Below are positions 63,893 through 64,000 of a stretch of DNA of 64,000 nucleotides, piece after piece (the first letter of the stretch is position 1; the number at the start of each line of letters is the position of its first letter). The notes under the pieces were generated by a model. The model was not told where the DNA came from, ran no database searches, and saw only the letters and a program-made list of their open reading frames with translations. This DNA is from Gracilinanus agilis (taxonomy: Eukaryota): assembly GCF_016433145.1 (NCBI RefSeq), contig NC_058132.1, forward strand, positions 129,541,680 through 129,605,679, given 5' to 3'. The position numbers and the translations under genes were made by a program.

Positions 63893-64000
63893 GCATCAGG
63901 AAGACTCACCTTCCTGAATTCTCTTAGACACTAGCTATTTGAGCCTGGGCAAGCTGCTTATCCGTATTTGCCTCAGTTTCCTCATTTGTAAAATAAGCTG
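63893..64000 (+). mobile_element. MAR1/MIR-type SINE cut by the window end
   Basis: CAGGAAGACTCACCTTCCTGAATT..CTGGGCAAG..CTCAGTTTCCTCATTTGTAAAA. Confidence 0.65.

Noticed and set aside
1-64000. CRISPR array, rRNA/tRNA genes, numt, phage or defence systems
   Set aside because: None seen. Recurrent ~190-260 bp repeats are dispersed SINEs, and their tRNA-like A/B boxes are SINE heads, not cloverleaf tRNAs.

Overview
Eukaryotic, AT-rich, repeat-dense mammalian DNA. The tRNA-derived SINE1-type, MAR1-type, RTE, L1 and hAT repeats point to a didelphid marsupial (opossum-like). The window holds one complete + strand gene, SPART (SPG20, spartin). It has a CpG-island promoter at ~14.2-15.3 kb and eight GT-AG coding exons (22495-56550) that splice by hand into 1965 nt = 654 aa, with MIT domain, PPAY motif and senescence domain. 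About 5 kb downstream, a second CpG island carries the first coding exon of CCDC169 (61598-61680), the same tandem order as in human. The rest is mostly decayed L1/L2/L3/RTE/MIR/SINE/hAT/LTR-like repeats, and almost all short ORFs in the track are noise. I found no CRISPR, rRNA, tRNA gene or prokaryote-type system, and no clearly new biological system. The best leads are: (i) inverted young SINEs plus exon phases that would give SPART circRNAs with either a junction-made TAATG stop/start or an endless ORF; (ii) a 36-bp-arm inverted repeat just upstream of the SPART promoter; (iii) a possible 3'UTR intron or recursive splice route at the last exon; (iv) paired ARE/MARE motifs bracketing a G4 tract; (v) hAT elements of families known for horizontal transfer. 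Repeat family names and human comparisons are from memory, and repeat boundaries are approximate unless a TSD/TIR is quoted.
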